From: an uncultured Bifidobacteriaceae bacterium
GTDB lineage: Bacteria > Bacteroidota > Bacteroidia > UKL13-3
Direction: 5' to 3'
NCBI GenBank assembly: GCA_964535575.1
Contig: CAZHTC010000001.1
Span: 657,965-721,964, forward strand
Length of the DNA: 64,000 nt
Part shown: positions 19,315-27,788 of the stretch, piece by piece
How the letters are laid out: every line of letters starts with the position of its first letter
How positions within the stretch are numbered: position 1 is the stretch's first letter
Notes under the pieces: generated by a model
The model's database searches: none
Told to the model about the DNA's origin: nothing
The model's input: only the letters and a program-made list of their open reading frames with translations
Program-made: the position numbers and the translations under genes

Positions 19315-20925
19315 TTACTTTTTCACTATTCTGAAATAAAAAGGCTGTGTGTTTATTTCTACCTGCAGCAGGTAAAATCCGGGAGGCAGGTTCTCAAGTG
19401 AAATAGTTTGGTGCGCTTTATTGCTGATAGCTGTTTCCATCAGTTTTCTTCCGCTTATATCAATCACAGTAAATGCTCCAATGGAAGGTGTTGGGTCGAA
19501 AAGTTCAATAGATACGTTATCGGTGACAATGGTAGGGTACAGTTGAATCCGCTTTTTAAGTTCAGCTGCGTCCCGGCTTATTCCGTTATACGTTTTCAAG
19601 AGCGAGTCGGCACGGCAGGCATCGGGCACACCATACCCGTAAAAATTATCGGGGTTGTTTAAATGATTTCCACTTACAGTTATGGCGCGCATAATTTCCC
19701 AGCTGCTTCGTTGCGGATTGGCCTGTTTAAGGCAGGCAGCCAGCCCGGCAATAAGTGGAGACGAAAGGGAAGTGCCGCTGGTAAATGTAATATATCCGGC
19801 ATCACTTATACAGGCAGCATTAGCCCCCATTGCCGTTACATCGGGTTTTATTTTTCCGGTCGCTGTTGGCCCCACTGAAGACATGCTGTGGTATTGTTTA
19901 TTGGCATCCACACTGCCCACACACAAAATGGAGTCGGCATCGCAGGGAGCACAAATGGTGGTGGCTTTAGCCGAGCCCTCGTTGCCTGCACTGTTCACTA
20001 CAATCATTCCCTTGGCAGCAGCCCAGCGGGCGGCATTGGTAACAATGGCTGTTTTACCATCCATTTGTGCATCGGTATAATCGCCTTCGCCCGCGGCAAA
20101 TGTGCGGTAGCTTAACGATGAATTAATGATATCTACTCCCAACGAATCGGCCCACTCGGCCGCGGCCAGCCAGTTTAATTCTTCCTGATGCACATCGTTG
20201 GTATTATTTATTTCGGTAACAGCAAAAGCAAAATCGGCACCGGGTGCCACCCCTGTAAACGTGTCGGGCCACAAAGCGCCCACCGTTGAAAATACCAGTG
20301 AGCCATGGTAGTGATTGGTGAATGCATTTTTATCGGGATTCACAAAATTGCGGTTGGCCACAAAACGGTTTTGCACCCGTGCCGAATCATAAGCCCTGAT
20401 GGTATCAATGCCTGAAAAACCAATATCAAAAAAAGCCACAAACACTCCGTGTCCGGTAAATCCGTTTTGATGCAGGCATTGAAGATTAAGCATATTGTTT
20501 TGAGGGGCGCTATTGCCAAAACCGGCAGTAGTGAGCTGCGCATTTGTTTCGTTTCGGGTATGGGCAACTTCGTTTTGAAATGGTTGTACCGATTGAATAA
20601 ACGGAAATGTTTGCTTCAACTCTTCGGCCGAAAAGGAAGTAGTAACATGTACCATATTTAGCCAGCGCGAGGCAAGGTGTACCACCACGCCCTGTTGCCG
20701 CATGGCTTCAACATAAACAGAGTTCACCGGCAAATCGGTTTCGGAAAAAGCAATGCCACGCTGTTTGTGTTTATTTATCGCTAAGGGAGAAAGTGCCGCA
20801 GCTACATTTTTTTCGGATACAGCGGTTCCCTTGTTTTTTAAAAATAAAAGGTATTCATTGTTTTGGGCCGTTGCCTGCAGGGATAAAAGTAGCAGGGGGG
20901 AAATAAAAATTTTGCGTAAACACAT
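19315..20925 (-). CDS. S8 (subtilisin-family) serine peptidase with T9SS type-A C-terminal domain
   Basis: Triad contexts VAFFDIGF (Asp), HGSLVFST (His), SGTSLSSPLIAG (Ser). C-terminus LYPTIV..ISGRKL..LPPGFYLLQVE..RIVKK. The listed ORF opens with TTG at 20943; the ATG at 20925 gives the signal peptide MCLRKIFISPLLLLSLQATAQ. Confidence 0.85.
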   Translation of the reverse strand: MCLRKIFISPLLLLSLQATAQNNEYLLFLKNKGTAVSEKNVAAALSPLAINKHKQRGIAFSETDLPVNSVYVEAMRQQGVVVHLASRWLNMVHVTTSFSAEELKQTFPFIQSVQPFQNEVAHTRNETNAQLTTAGFGNSAPQNNMLNLQCLHQNGFTGHGVFVAFFDIGFSGIDTIRAYDSARVQNRFVANRNFVNPDKNAFTNHYHGSLVFSTVGALWPDTFTGVAPGADFAFAVTEINNTNDVHQEELNWLAAAEWADSLGVDIINSSLSYRTFAAGEGDYTDAQMDGKTAIVTNAARWAAAKGMIVVNSAGNEGSAKATTICAPCDADSILCVGSVDANKQYHSMSSVGPTATGKIKPDVTAMGANAACISDAGYITFTSGTSLSSPLIAGLAACLKQANPQRSSWEIMRAITVSGNHLNNPDNFYGYGVPDACRADSLLKTYNGISRDAAELKKRIQLYPTIVTDNVSIELFDPTPSIGAFTVIDISGRKLMETAISNKAHQTISLENLPPGFYLLQVEINTQPFYFRIVKK

Positions 20926-21000
20926 ATAACTAATCAAGTCCAAAGTTACGCAATAAGAGTTGCATGACGTATGTTTGAAAAAGTAAAACGCACGTAAAAA

Positions 21001-21768
21001 ATGAAAATTATTTCCTACAATGTAAATGGCATACGCTCGGCCATGAGCAAAGGACTGGTAAACTGGATGCAGCGCGAAAGTGCAGATGTGTATTGCTTTC
21101 AGGAAACCAAAGCTTCGCCCGAACAGGTGGATTTAATGCTGTTTGATTTAATAGGCTACAAAACCTGGTGGTTTTCGGCCGAGAAAAAAGGGTATAGCGG
21201 AGTAGCCATTATTTCGCGTAAGCAGCCCGACCATATAGAATACGGATTTAATGATACGGAATACGACAGGGAAGGCCGAATCATTCGGGCCGATTTTGGT
21301 GACCTTTCTGTTATCAGCGTATATATCCCATCGGGTTCGAGCGGAGACGAACGACAGGCATACAAAATGAAGTGGCTGGATTTTTTTGGCAATTACATCG
21401 GTCAACTTAGAAAAAGCAGACCCAACCTGGTAATTGGTGGAGATTACAATATTTGCCGCGAGGCCATTGATATTCATGATCCGGTTGGCAATAAAAACAG
21501 TTCGGGTTTTTTACCCGAAGAGCGGGAATGGTTTGCCCGGTTTATAGAACAGCAGGGAATGGTTGATTCGTTTCGTGAATTGCATAAAGAACCGCACCGT
21601 TACTCGTGGTGGACTTTTCGGGCGGCTGCACGCTCGCGCAACAAAGGCTGGCGTATAGACTACAATTTACTTAGTGAATCCCTAAAACCAAAAATTGAAG
21701 ATGCCGACATTTACCAGTCGGTGGTGCACTCGGACCACTGTCCTGTGATGGTGAAACTGAAGTTATAA
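21001..21768 (+). CDS. xth: Exodeoxyribonuclease III
   Basis: MKIISYNVNGIRSA, CFQETK, and the C-terminal SDHCPV motif. Confidence 0.9.
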   Translation: MKIISYNVNGIRSAMSKGLVNWMQRESADVYCFQETKASPEQVDLMLFDLIGYKTWWFSAEKKGYSGVAIISRKQPDHIEYGFNDTEYDREGRIIRADFGDLSVISVYIPSGSSGDERQAYKMKWLDFFGNYIGQLRKSRPNLVIGGDYNICREAIDIHDPVGNKNSSGFLPEEREWFARFIEQQGMVDSFRELHKEPHRYSWWTFRAAARSRNKGWRIDYNLLSESLKPKIEDADIYQSVVHSDHCPVMVKLKL

Positions 21769-22215
21769 AGGAGAACTTGAAATGTGCATTTGCACTCCGT
21801 TTCGGTCCACATAATATTTTTTAAGGGCATACCTTGCCGGTCCGCCAAAAACAAAACCATCTAAGCTGTACTTAGAGTTACAACAAGGTATCCATACCGA
21901 GTTTTTATAACTGCCGCATTGTAAAAATGCCTCCGAAATATCCATGCTCACTATAGCGCAAGAGTCGTATACATTGTAGGTGCAGTTGCGATCAAAAGCC
22001 ACTACCTCATCCAGGCCATTGTGATAAATAAACAACCCGCGGTTACCGGCCGGGTAATAGGCCCATCCACCAATAACATTCAGTTGTTGATATTGCGGCA
22101 GGGTAGTGTTTATGTACACATCCACCAGTACATCGGGTACAGGACTGTTGCTTGTGGTTTTGTCCTTGCAGGTAGTAAATAACAAAACCGTAAAAATTAA
22201 TATAATTTTACTCAT
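21763..22215 (-). CDS. Hypothetical lipoprotein
   Basis: The ATG at 22215 gives the lipoprotein-type signal MSKIILIFTVLLFTTC. 8-nt overlap with the upstream hbd-like gene. No family confidently recognised. Confidence 0.5.
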   Translation of the reverse strand: MSKIILIFTVLLFTTCKDKTTSNSPVPDVLVDVYINTTLPQYQQLNVIGGWAYYPAGNRGLFIYHNGLDEVVAFDRNCTYNVYDSCAIVSMDISEAFLQCGSYKNSVWIPCCNSKYSLDGFVFGGPARYALKKYYVDRNGVQMHISSSPL

Positions 22216-23059
22216 ACGTATAAAACCCTTTTCCTGTTTTGCGCCCCCAGTGGCCGGCATCTACTTTTTGTTGTTGCAGGCGGCTGGGCCTGAATTTTCC
22301 GTCCTGATGAAAAAGTTGGAAGATGGAACTGGTAACCGAAAAATTGGTATCCACTCCAATTAAATCCATCAATCTGAACGGGCCTAATTTAAAACCCGAA
22401 GCCTCGGCCAGATCATCAATCGTTTCAATGGAAGCAATATTTTCCTCGGCAAGTTTTAACCCTTCCACATAATAATGGCGGGCCACTCTGTTTACAATAA
22501 AGCCGGGAGCATCTTTAGCCATTACCGCTGTTTTGCCTACTTCGGTTATCAGGTTTTTTGCAGTGAGCGCCACGGCTTCGCTGGTTTGCACACCCGATAT
22601 AATTTCTACCAGTTTCATAATATGTGCGGGATTAAAAAAGTGTATCCCCACCACCCGTTCCGGGTGAGGCACTCCGGCTGCAATTTGTGTTACGGGAATA
22701 GAAGAGGTGTTGGTGGCTAATATAGTTTCAGGGGGATTGATGGAAGCAATTTCTGAAAACAATTTGCATTTAATATCCAGCCGCTCCACTACCGCTTCAA
22801 TCACCAGTTCGGCTTTGAGCAGGTTAAAATTGTTGGTAACTGTAATTCGTTTTTGTGTTTCGAGAAATGCGTCCTGGCTGAGTTTCCCTTTTTCAACGGC
22901 CCCTTTCAGGTTTTTTTCAATTACCTTTTTAGCTTTTTCCAGTGCCTCTACCTGAATATCGTAGAGCACCACATTATATCCAGCGGAAGCAAAAACCTGT
23001 GCTATGCCGGCACCCATGGTTCCTGATCCGAGGACAGCCACGTTTTGAATGTTGATCAT
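22208..23059 (-). CDS. hbd: 3-hydroxybutyryl-CoA / 3-hydroxyacyl-CoA dehydrogenase
   Basis: Rossmann motif VAVLGSGTMGAGIAQVFA. NTSSIPVT, HFFNPAHIMKLVE, GFIVNR. Confidence 0.85.
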   Translation of the reverse strand: MINIQNVAVLGSGTMGAGIAQVFASAGYNVVLYDIQVEALEKAKKVIEKNLKGAVEKGKLSQDAFLETQKRITVTNNFNLLKAELVIEAVVERLDIKCKLFSEIASINPPETILATNTSSIPVTQIAAGVPHPERVVGIHFFNPAHIMKLVEIISGVQTSEAVALTAKNLITEVGKTAVMAKDAPGFIVNRVARHYYVEGLKLAEENIASIETIDDLAEASGFKLGPFRLMDLIGVDTNFSVTSSIFQLFHQDGKFRPSRLQQQKVDAGHWGRKTGKGFYTYE

Positions 23060-23117
23060 ACATCAACAAATTTACTTGAAAAAACTGACAGGACGCGTAT
23101 TTTCGGACATTGAAGTT

Positions 23118-23900
23118 ATGCGCCTTTCAAAAAGCGGTTTATTATTTCTGGGAATTCTTGTGATGCTGGCTTGCAAGCAACACAAGGGGGAGTTGCAGCG
23201 ATCGCGCTCAAAAGGAAAAACCAGGGTAAAAAGCGAGCCTAAAGAAAAACAACCCAAAGAAGAATGGCGCCTGGATTGGTCGGAGGGGTTTGAACGCATT
23301 GATGCAGGGTTGTGGACAAAGCGCGACTGGTTTAAAGGCGATGGAAGTACAGGGTTTAATCCGGTAAACGTAGAAACCGATGAGGGCCACCTCATGCTTA
23401 CCCTGAATGCCGAACCATATAACGATAAACCCATTTCGGGGGCCGAAATTTACAGTACCCGCGAAGTAGCTTTTGGCAAACTGGAAGTAAAAATGAGGGT
23501 GCCCAAAGGCAAAGGAATTGCCTGCTCCATGATTACCACCTCGCTGGTAGGAGCCGAAAAAAAACCTCACGATGAAGTTAGCATTCAGTTTAAAGGCTCT
23601 GAAACGCGCAGTGTGTTTTTTAATTATTTTAAACGGAAAGAGAAGCCACTTAATGGCAACAGTTACTTTTTGCCCTTTGATGCATCAGACGGGTTTCATA
23701 TTTACTCCATTGAGCGAAGTCATCGATTCATCAGGTGGTATATTGACGGGAAGCTTTATTACCAGACTTACGAAGGTATTCCGGGCTCAGCCCACCGTAT
23801 CATGTTCAGTATCTGGAGCTCTTCGGACGAGGCGGCAATTAAAAACATGCCTGCTGTTTTATTTATAGACTATGTAAAATATTTTACCCGCAACCACTAA
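23118..23900 (+). CDS. GH16 lichenase/laminarinase-like protein with non-canonical catalytic motif
   Basis: The ATG at 23118 gives the lipoprotein-like signal MRLSKSGLLFLGILVMLAC. It resembles Bacillus lichenase around the active site (HDEVSIQFKGSETRSVFFNYF; FDASDGFHIYSIE..IRWYIDG), but EIDIE reads EVSIQ. Confidence 0.75.
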   Translation: MRLSKSGLLFLGILVMLACKQHKGELQRSRSKGKTRVKSEPKEKQPKEEWRLDWSEGFERIDAGLWTKRDWFKGDGSTGFNPVNVETDEGHLMLTLNAEPYNDKPISGAEIYSTREVAFGKLEVKMRVPKGKGIACSMITTSLVGAEKKPHDEVSIQFKGSETRSVFFNYFKRKEKPLNGNSYFLPFDASDGFHIYSIERSHRFIRWYIDGKLYYQTYEGIPGSAHRIMFSIWSSSDEAAIKNMPAVLFIDYVKYFTRNH

Positions 23901-23974
23901 ATAAAATATTGGTCGAACATTTAACGGGGAGTACTCCCTATTTTTGATAAGTTTGTGCATTACCTTAGATTACG

Positions 23975-25858
23975 TTGATAAAGAAATTAATTATTTATTC
24001 AGGCTTTGTGATTTTGTTTGGCTGGTGGATTTACCGCAAACTGTATCATCCCGATGAAACCGGTATTTACCACGTAAAACAAAGCGATATTGTACGGTTC
24101 GACACCATAAACGGGCCACAGGAAGATTTGCGTATTCCACAGGAAGTTGTTACTCCATGGACGCGGTTTGCCAAAGGATCCACCAGCAGGGTAGCCATCT
24201 TGCTCACCGATACCAATTCGAGCTGGCTGGCATTGGTACACGGATTTAAATCGGCAGGGATTCCGTTTTTGGTTACCCAAAATTATAAAGCGGCACTCAA
24301 ACACCAGATGGTAGTGGTTTACCCCATGCTCTCGGGGAGGTATTTAAATGCCGAGGCCCTGCGCGCTATGGCCGAGTTTCCGCGCAATGGTGGAGTTTTG
24401 GTTGCATTTAATGTAACCAGCGAAGGGATAAGCGAAGTATTCGGATTTAAAAAATCGGCTCCGCAGTTCAAAAGCTATGAATTACGTTTTGAGCGAACAG
24501 TGCCCGAAAATTCGCATATGGGAAATGCGGGTAACTGGATTATTCACTTGGGTAATAAAGAAGCCGGAGTTGACCCCATTGCAACCACCAGCTATATTGG
24601 AACATTAAATAAACCAATCGCCTATTACGAAGATAATCTGGCCGCCATCACCGTAAAACAATATGCAAAAGGAAAATCGTACGCATTCGGCCTTGATTTG
24701 GGATACTTTTTACACAGGGCTTATAATAATATCAGGCAGGATATCTGGGTAAGCAACCCAGGACAAATTTCGCCTACGGCCGATGTGCTGATGAACCTGC
24801 TTAAAAATATTTATCAGCAAAACTGCCAAAATGCGGTTACCATTTCTCCCATTCCCGAAAACAAAAAACTTTCGGTGGTGCTTACGCATAACGTTAACTC
24901 AAAGAAACAATTTTTTAATGCATTGCATTTTGCTCACTTTGAACATAGCCAGAAAATAAAAGCCACGTATTTTATGCAGGCTAAGTACATAAACGATTAT
25001 GCAGGTGCCGCATTTATTACTCCGGCAAATGCCAAATACCTGAAAAAAATGGCGGAGTGGGGAATGGAAATAGGGAGCCAGACAGTTAGCGCCACCGATA
25101 AATTCACCTACCTGAGCATGGGTAACGGAAAAGAAACTTATGCCAACTACATTCCCTATGTGTTTGACGACAAAAAAGTGTACAACGCCACCATTACAGG
25201 CGAACTGAGGGTAAGCAAATTTTTGCTTGAACGAGTTGCCGGTGTTCCGGTTAACAGTTTCCGCACGGCTGCCTATCAGGTGCCGCAAAGTTTACCACAA
25301 TTGCTGAAAGCAGGCAAGTACCTGTACAGTTCTTCCACTACCATAAACCGTACGTACACCCACCGGCCATTTCCGCTTAACTACGCATATGATAATTTTT
25401 CGGAAACCGGTGTGTTTGAATTTCCGGTAACCATTAACGATGAGTTTTCGGCCGGACAACTCAAAGAACAGTTGGGTAAGGCCATTGAAATGGCCTATGA
25501 ACTTACCAATTTTCAGGGCACCATGCTTATTTCACTTACTCCCGATACACTGGCTAAACTTGATTTTGAAAAAGACCTGCTCGAATCGGTAAAGGAATTT
25601 TCGTGGGTAGGTTCTCTCACTGATTATGCTGCTTTTTGGAAAGCCCGCGACCGGGTTGAAATAGATATGCAGGGCGATACCCTGCTTGAGGTAAGTGCCC
25701 CCCTGACCATTTCCGGACTCACCGTTCAGTTGCCCGAAGGATGGCGGATGTACAAGTACGAACCCATTGACCTTCCTGTTGACCAATACGATGATAAGTT
25801 GTGGTTTTACAACTTTAAAGGGAAGGCAAAAATTTACCTTACAAAAACACCTTTGTAA
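23975..25858 (+). CDS. Hypothetical membrane-anchored protein, possibly polysaccharide-deacetylase-like
   Basis: N-terminal TM segment. The central VVLTHNVNS...ATYFMQ...EIGSQT segment loosely resembles carbohydrate esterase/deacetylase folds. Weak assignment. Confidence 0.4.
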   Translation: MIKKLIIYSGFVILFGWWIYRKLYHPDETGIYHVKQSDIVRFDTINGPQEDLRIPQEVVTPWTRFAKGSTSRVAILLTDTNSSWLALVHGFKSAGIPFLVTQNYKAALKHQMVVVYPMLSGRYLNAEALRAMAEFPRNGGVLVAFNVTSEGISEVFGFKKSAPQFKSYELRFERTVPENSHMGNAGNWIIHLGNKEAGVDPIATTSYIGTLNKPIAYYEDNLAAITVKQYAKGKSYAFGLDLGYFLHRAYNNIRQDIWVSNPGQISPTADVLMNLLKNIYQQNCQNAVTISPIPENKKLSVVLTHNVNSKKQFFNALHFAHFEHSQKIKATYFMQAKYINDYAGAAFITPANAKYLKKMAEWGMEIGSQTVSATDKFTYLSMGNGKETYANYIPYVFDDKKVYNATITGELRVSKFLLERVAGVPVNSFRTAAYQVPQSLPQLLKAGKYLYSSSTTINRTYTHRPFPLNYAYDNFSETGVFEFPVTINDEFSAGQLKEQLGKAIEMAYELTNFQGTMLISLTPDTLAKLDFEKDLLESVKEFSWVGSLTDYAAFWKARDRVEIDMQGDTLLEVSAPLTISGLTVQLPEGWRMYKYEPIDLPVDQYDDKLWFYNFKGKAKIYLTKTPL

Positions 25859-25936
25859 CAATTTAATAACGCTCTGATAAACTTACACTAATAAGTACCC
25901 GGTAATTTTGTTCACAGGTTAATCACCAAATCTGTA

Positions 25937-26782
25937 GTGACAAAACGTAAAGTTAAGTTAGTGGTTGTTTCAGATGTTCATTTAGGGACATATGGGTGCC
26001 ACGCCAAAGAACTTAACAATTACCTGAAGTCAATTGACCCCGAAATTCTTGTACTGAATGGGGATATTATTGATATCTGGCAGTTCAGCAAATACTACTG
26101 GCCGGATGCACACATGAAAGTAGTGCAACGGGTTTTTAAAATGCTGGCCAATGGCACCAAAGTTTATTACCTAACCGGAAACCACGATGAAATGATTCGC
26201 AAGTTCGGAGAGTTTACCATCGGAAATCTGGAGATTGACAATAAGCTTAAACTGGAACTGGACGGAAAAACGGCCTGGATTTTTCACGGGGACATTTTTG
26301 ACATAACCATGAGGCATTCTAAATGGATAGCTAAATTGGGGGCCATTGGGTATGATAGCCTTATTCTGCTTAACCGGGTTGTAAATGCTGTTTCTTCTGC
26401 TTTTGGTAAAGGAAAAATTTCACTTTCAAAAAAGATCAAAAACAGTGTGAAAGGCGCTGTAAAGTTTATAAGCGATTTTGAACAATGTGCTACTGAAATA
26501 GCCATTGATAATGGGTTTGACTACGTGGTGTGCGGCCATATTCACCAGCCGGAGGTTCGTCTTTTTAATAATAGCAAAGGATCTGTTTTATACTTGAATT
26601 CGGGAGACTGGATTGAAAACCTTACGGCACTTGAGTACGAAAAAGGAGAATGGAAAATTTTCAACTATCAGGCGGATTATATCAACCCTATTACTGAAAC
26701 TGCTGAAGAAACTGAAAAACTAACCATTCCAACTATAGCCACCCTTTATGAACATATTGTACGCCATACAGGCAACGGGTAA
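25937..26782 (+). CDS. LpxH-like UDP-2,3-diacylglucosamine diphosphatase family metallophosphoesterase
   Basis: VVSDVHLG, NGDIIDIW, GNHDE and GHIH motifs. GTG start as listed. Confidence 0.75.
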   Translation: MTKRKVKLVVVSDVHLGTYGCHAKELNNYLKSIDPEILVLNGDIIDIWQFSKYYWPDAHMKVVQRVFKMLANGTKVYYLTGNHDEMIRKFGEFTIGNLEIDNKLKLELDGKTAWIFHGDIFDITMRHSKWIAKLGAIGYDSLILLNRVVNAVSSAFGKGKISLSKKIKNSVKGAVKFISDFEQCATEIAIDNGFDYVVCGHIHQPEVRLFNNSKGSVLYLNSGDWIENLTALEYEKGEWKIFNYQADYINPITETAEETEKLTIPTIATLYEHIVRHTGNG

Positions 26783-27785
26783 CGGACACCTGAGCCGGGC
26801 AAGGGAAATCATCCCTCACCTGCAACAATACGGAAATCTTGATTTACTGGTAAGCGGTACACAGGCCGATGTGAATCTGCCTTATTTGGTAAAATATAAA
26901 AAGCGGGGTGTGAGTTTTACTTTTGGCAAACGCGGTGAAGTCGATATGTTTGACACCGTTAAACAATTAAGACCCTTTACCTTTTTGAAAGACATTTTTT
27001 CGTTTCCGGTTGAATCATATGATGTGGTAATAAATGATTTTGAGCCGGTATCGGCATGGGCTTGCCGCCTAAAGAGAAAACCATGCATTGCCCTCAGCCA
27101 CCAGTCGGCTTATTTAAGCAAAAAAGTACCACGTCCGGTTAAAAAGGATCTTTTTGCTGAGGGCATATTTAAAAGTTATGCTCCGTGCACAAGAGCTATC
27201 GGTTTTCACTTCAGCCGATTCGATGGGTTTATACATACGCCTGTCATTCGCAGTGAAATTCGTGAACAGGAAGTAACTAACCGCGGACACATTACTGTTT
27301 ACCTTCCTGCACACAGCGACACCTTGATTGTTAAAACCCTGAATCGCATCAGCGATATCAGGTGGGAAGTTTTTTCCAAACACAGTAAGCAAAGCTATAG
27401 GACACAAAATGTTTTTGTATCTCCGATAAATAATGAGGCTTTTACCCGGAGCCTTGTTTCATCCGGTGGGTTACTTACGGCAGGTGGGTTTGAGGGGCCG
27501 GCAGAAGCGATTTTTCTGGGGAAAAAAGTGTTGTCAGTACCCATGTCAGGTCAGTATGAACAGTTGTGCAATGCAGAGGCAATGAAGCATATTGGAGTAA
27601 CTGTAGTAAATAAGATCGATCAAACCTTTGCGCACCGGCTTCAGGTGTGGGCTGAAAGCCAAAAGCCTGTTTTAATAAATTATCCTGATGAAACAGGAGA
27701 AATCATAGAGCATCTTATCAAAGAATACAATGAACAACCGGATTTTATGGAGCAACCTTTTCCGTCATTGCACGCCCTTGGTTAG
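26748..27785 (+). CDS. GT-B-type glycosyltransferase (MJ1255-like family)
   Basis: N-terminus MNILYAIQATGNGHLSRAREIIPHL and C-terminal GGFEGPAEAIFLGKK..P..GQYEQ.CNA. Overlaps the previous gene by 35 nt. Confidence 0.7.
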   Translation: MNILYAIQATGNGHLSRAREIIPHLQQYGNLDLLVSGTQADVNLPYLVKYKKRGVSFTFGKRGEVDMFDTVKQLRPFTFLKDIFSFPVESYDVVINDFEPVSAWACRLKRKPCIALSHQSAYLSKKVPRPVKKDLFAEGIFKSYAPCTRAIGFHFSRFDGFIHTPVIRSEIREQEVTNRGHITVYLPAHSDTLIVKTLNRISDIRWEVFSKHSKQSYRTQNVFVSPINNEAFTRSLVSSGGLLTAGGFEGPAEAIFLGKKVLSVPMSGQYEQLCNAEAMKHIGVTVVNKIDQTFAHRLQVWAESQKPVLINYPDETGEIIEHLIKEYNEQPDFMEQPFPSLHALG

Positions 27786-27788
27786 CAA

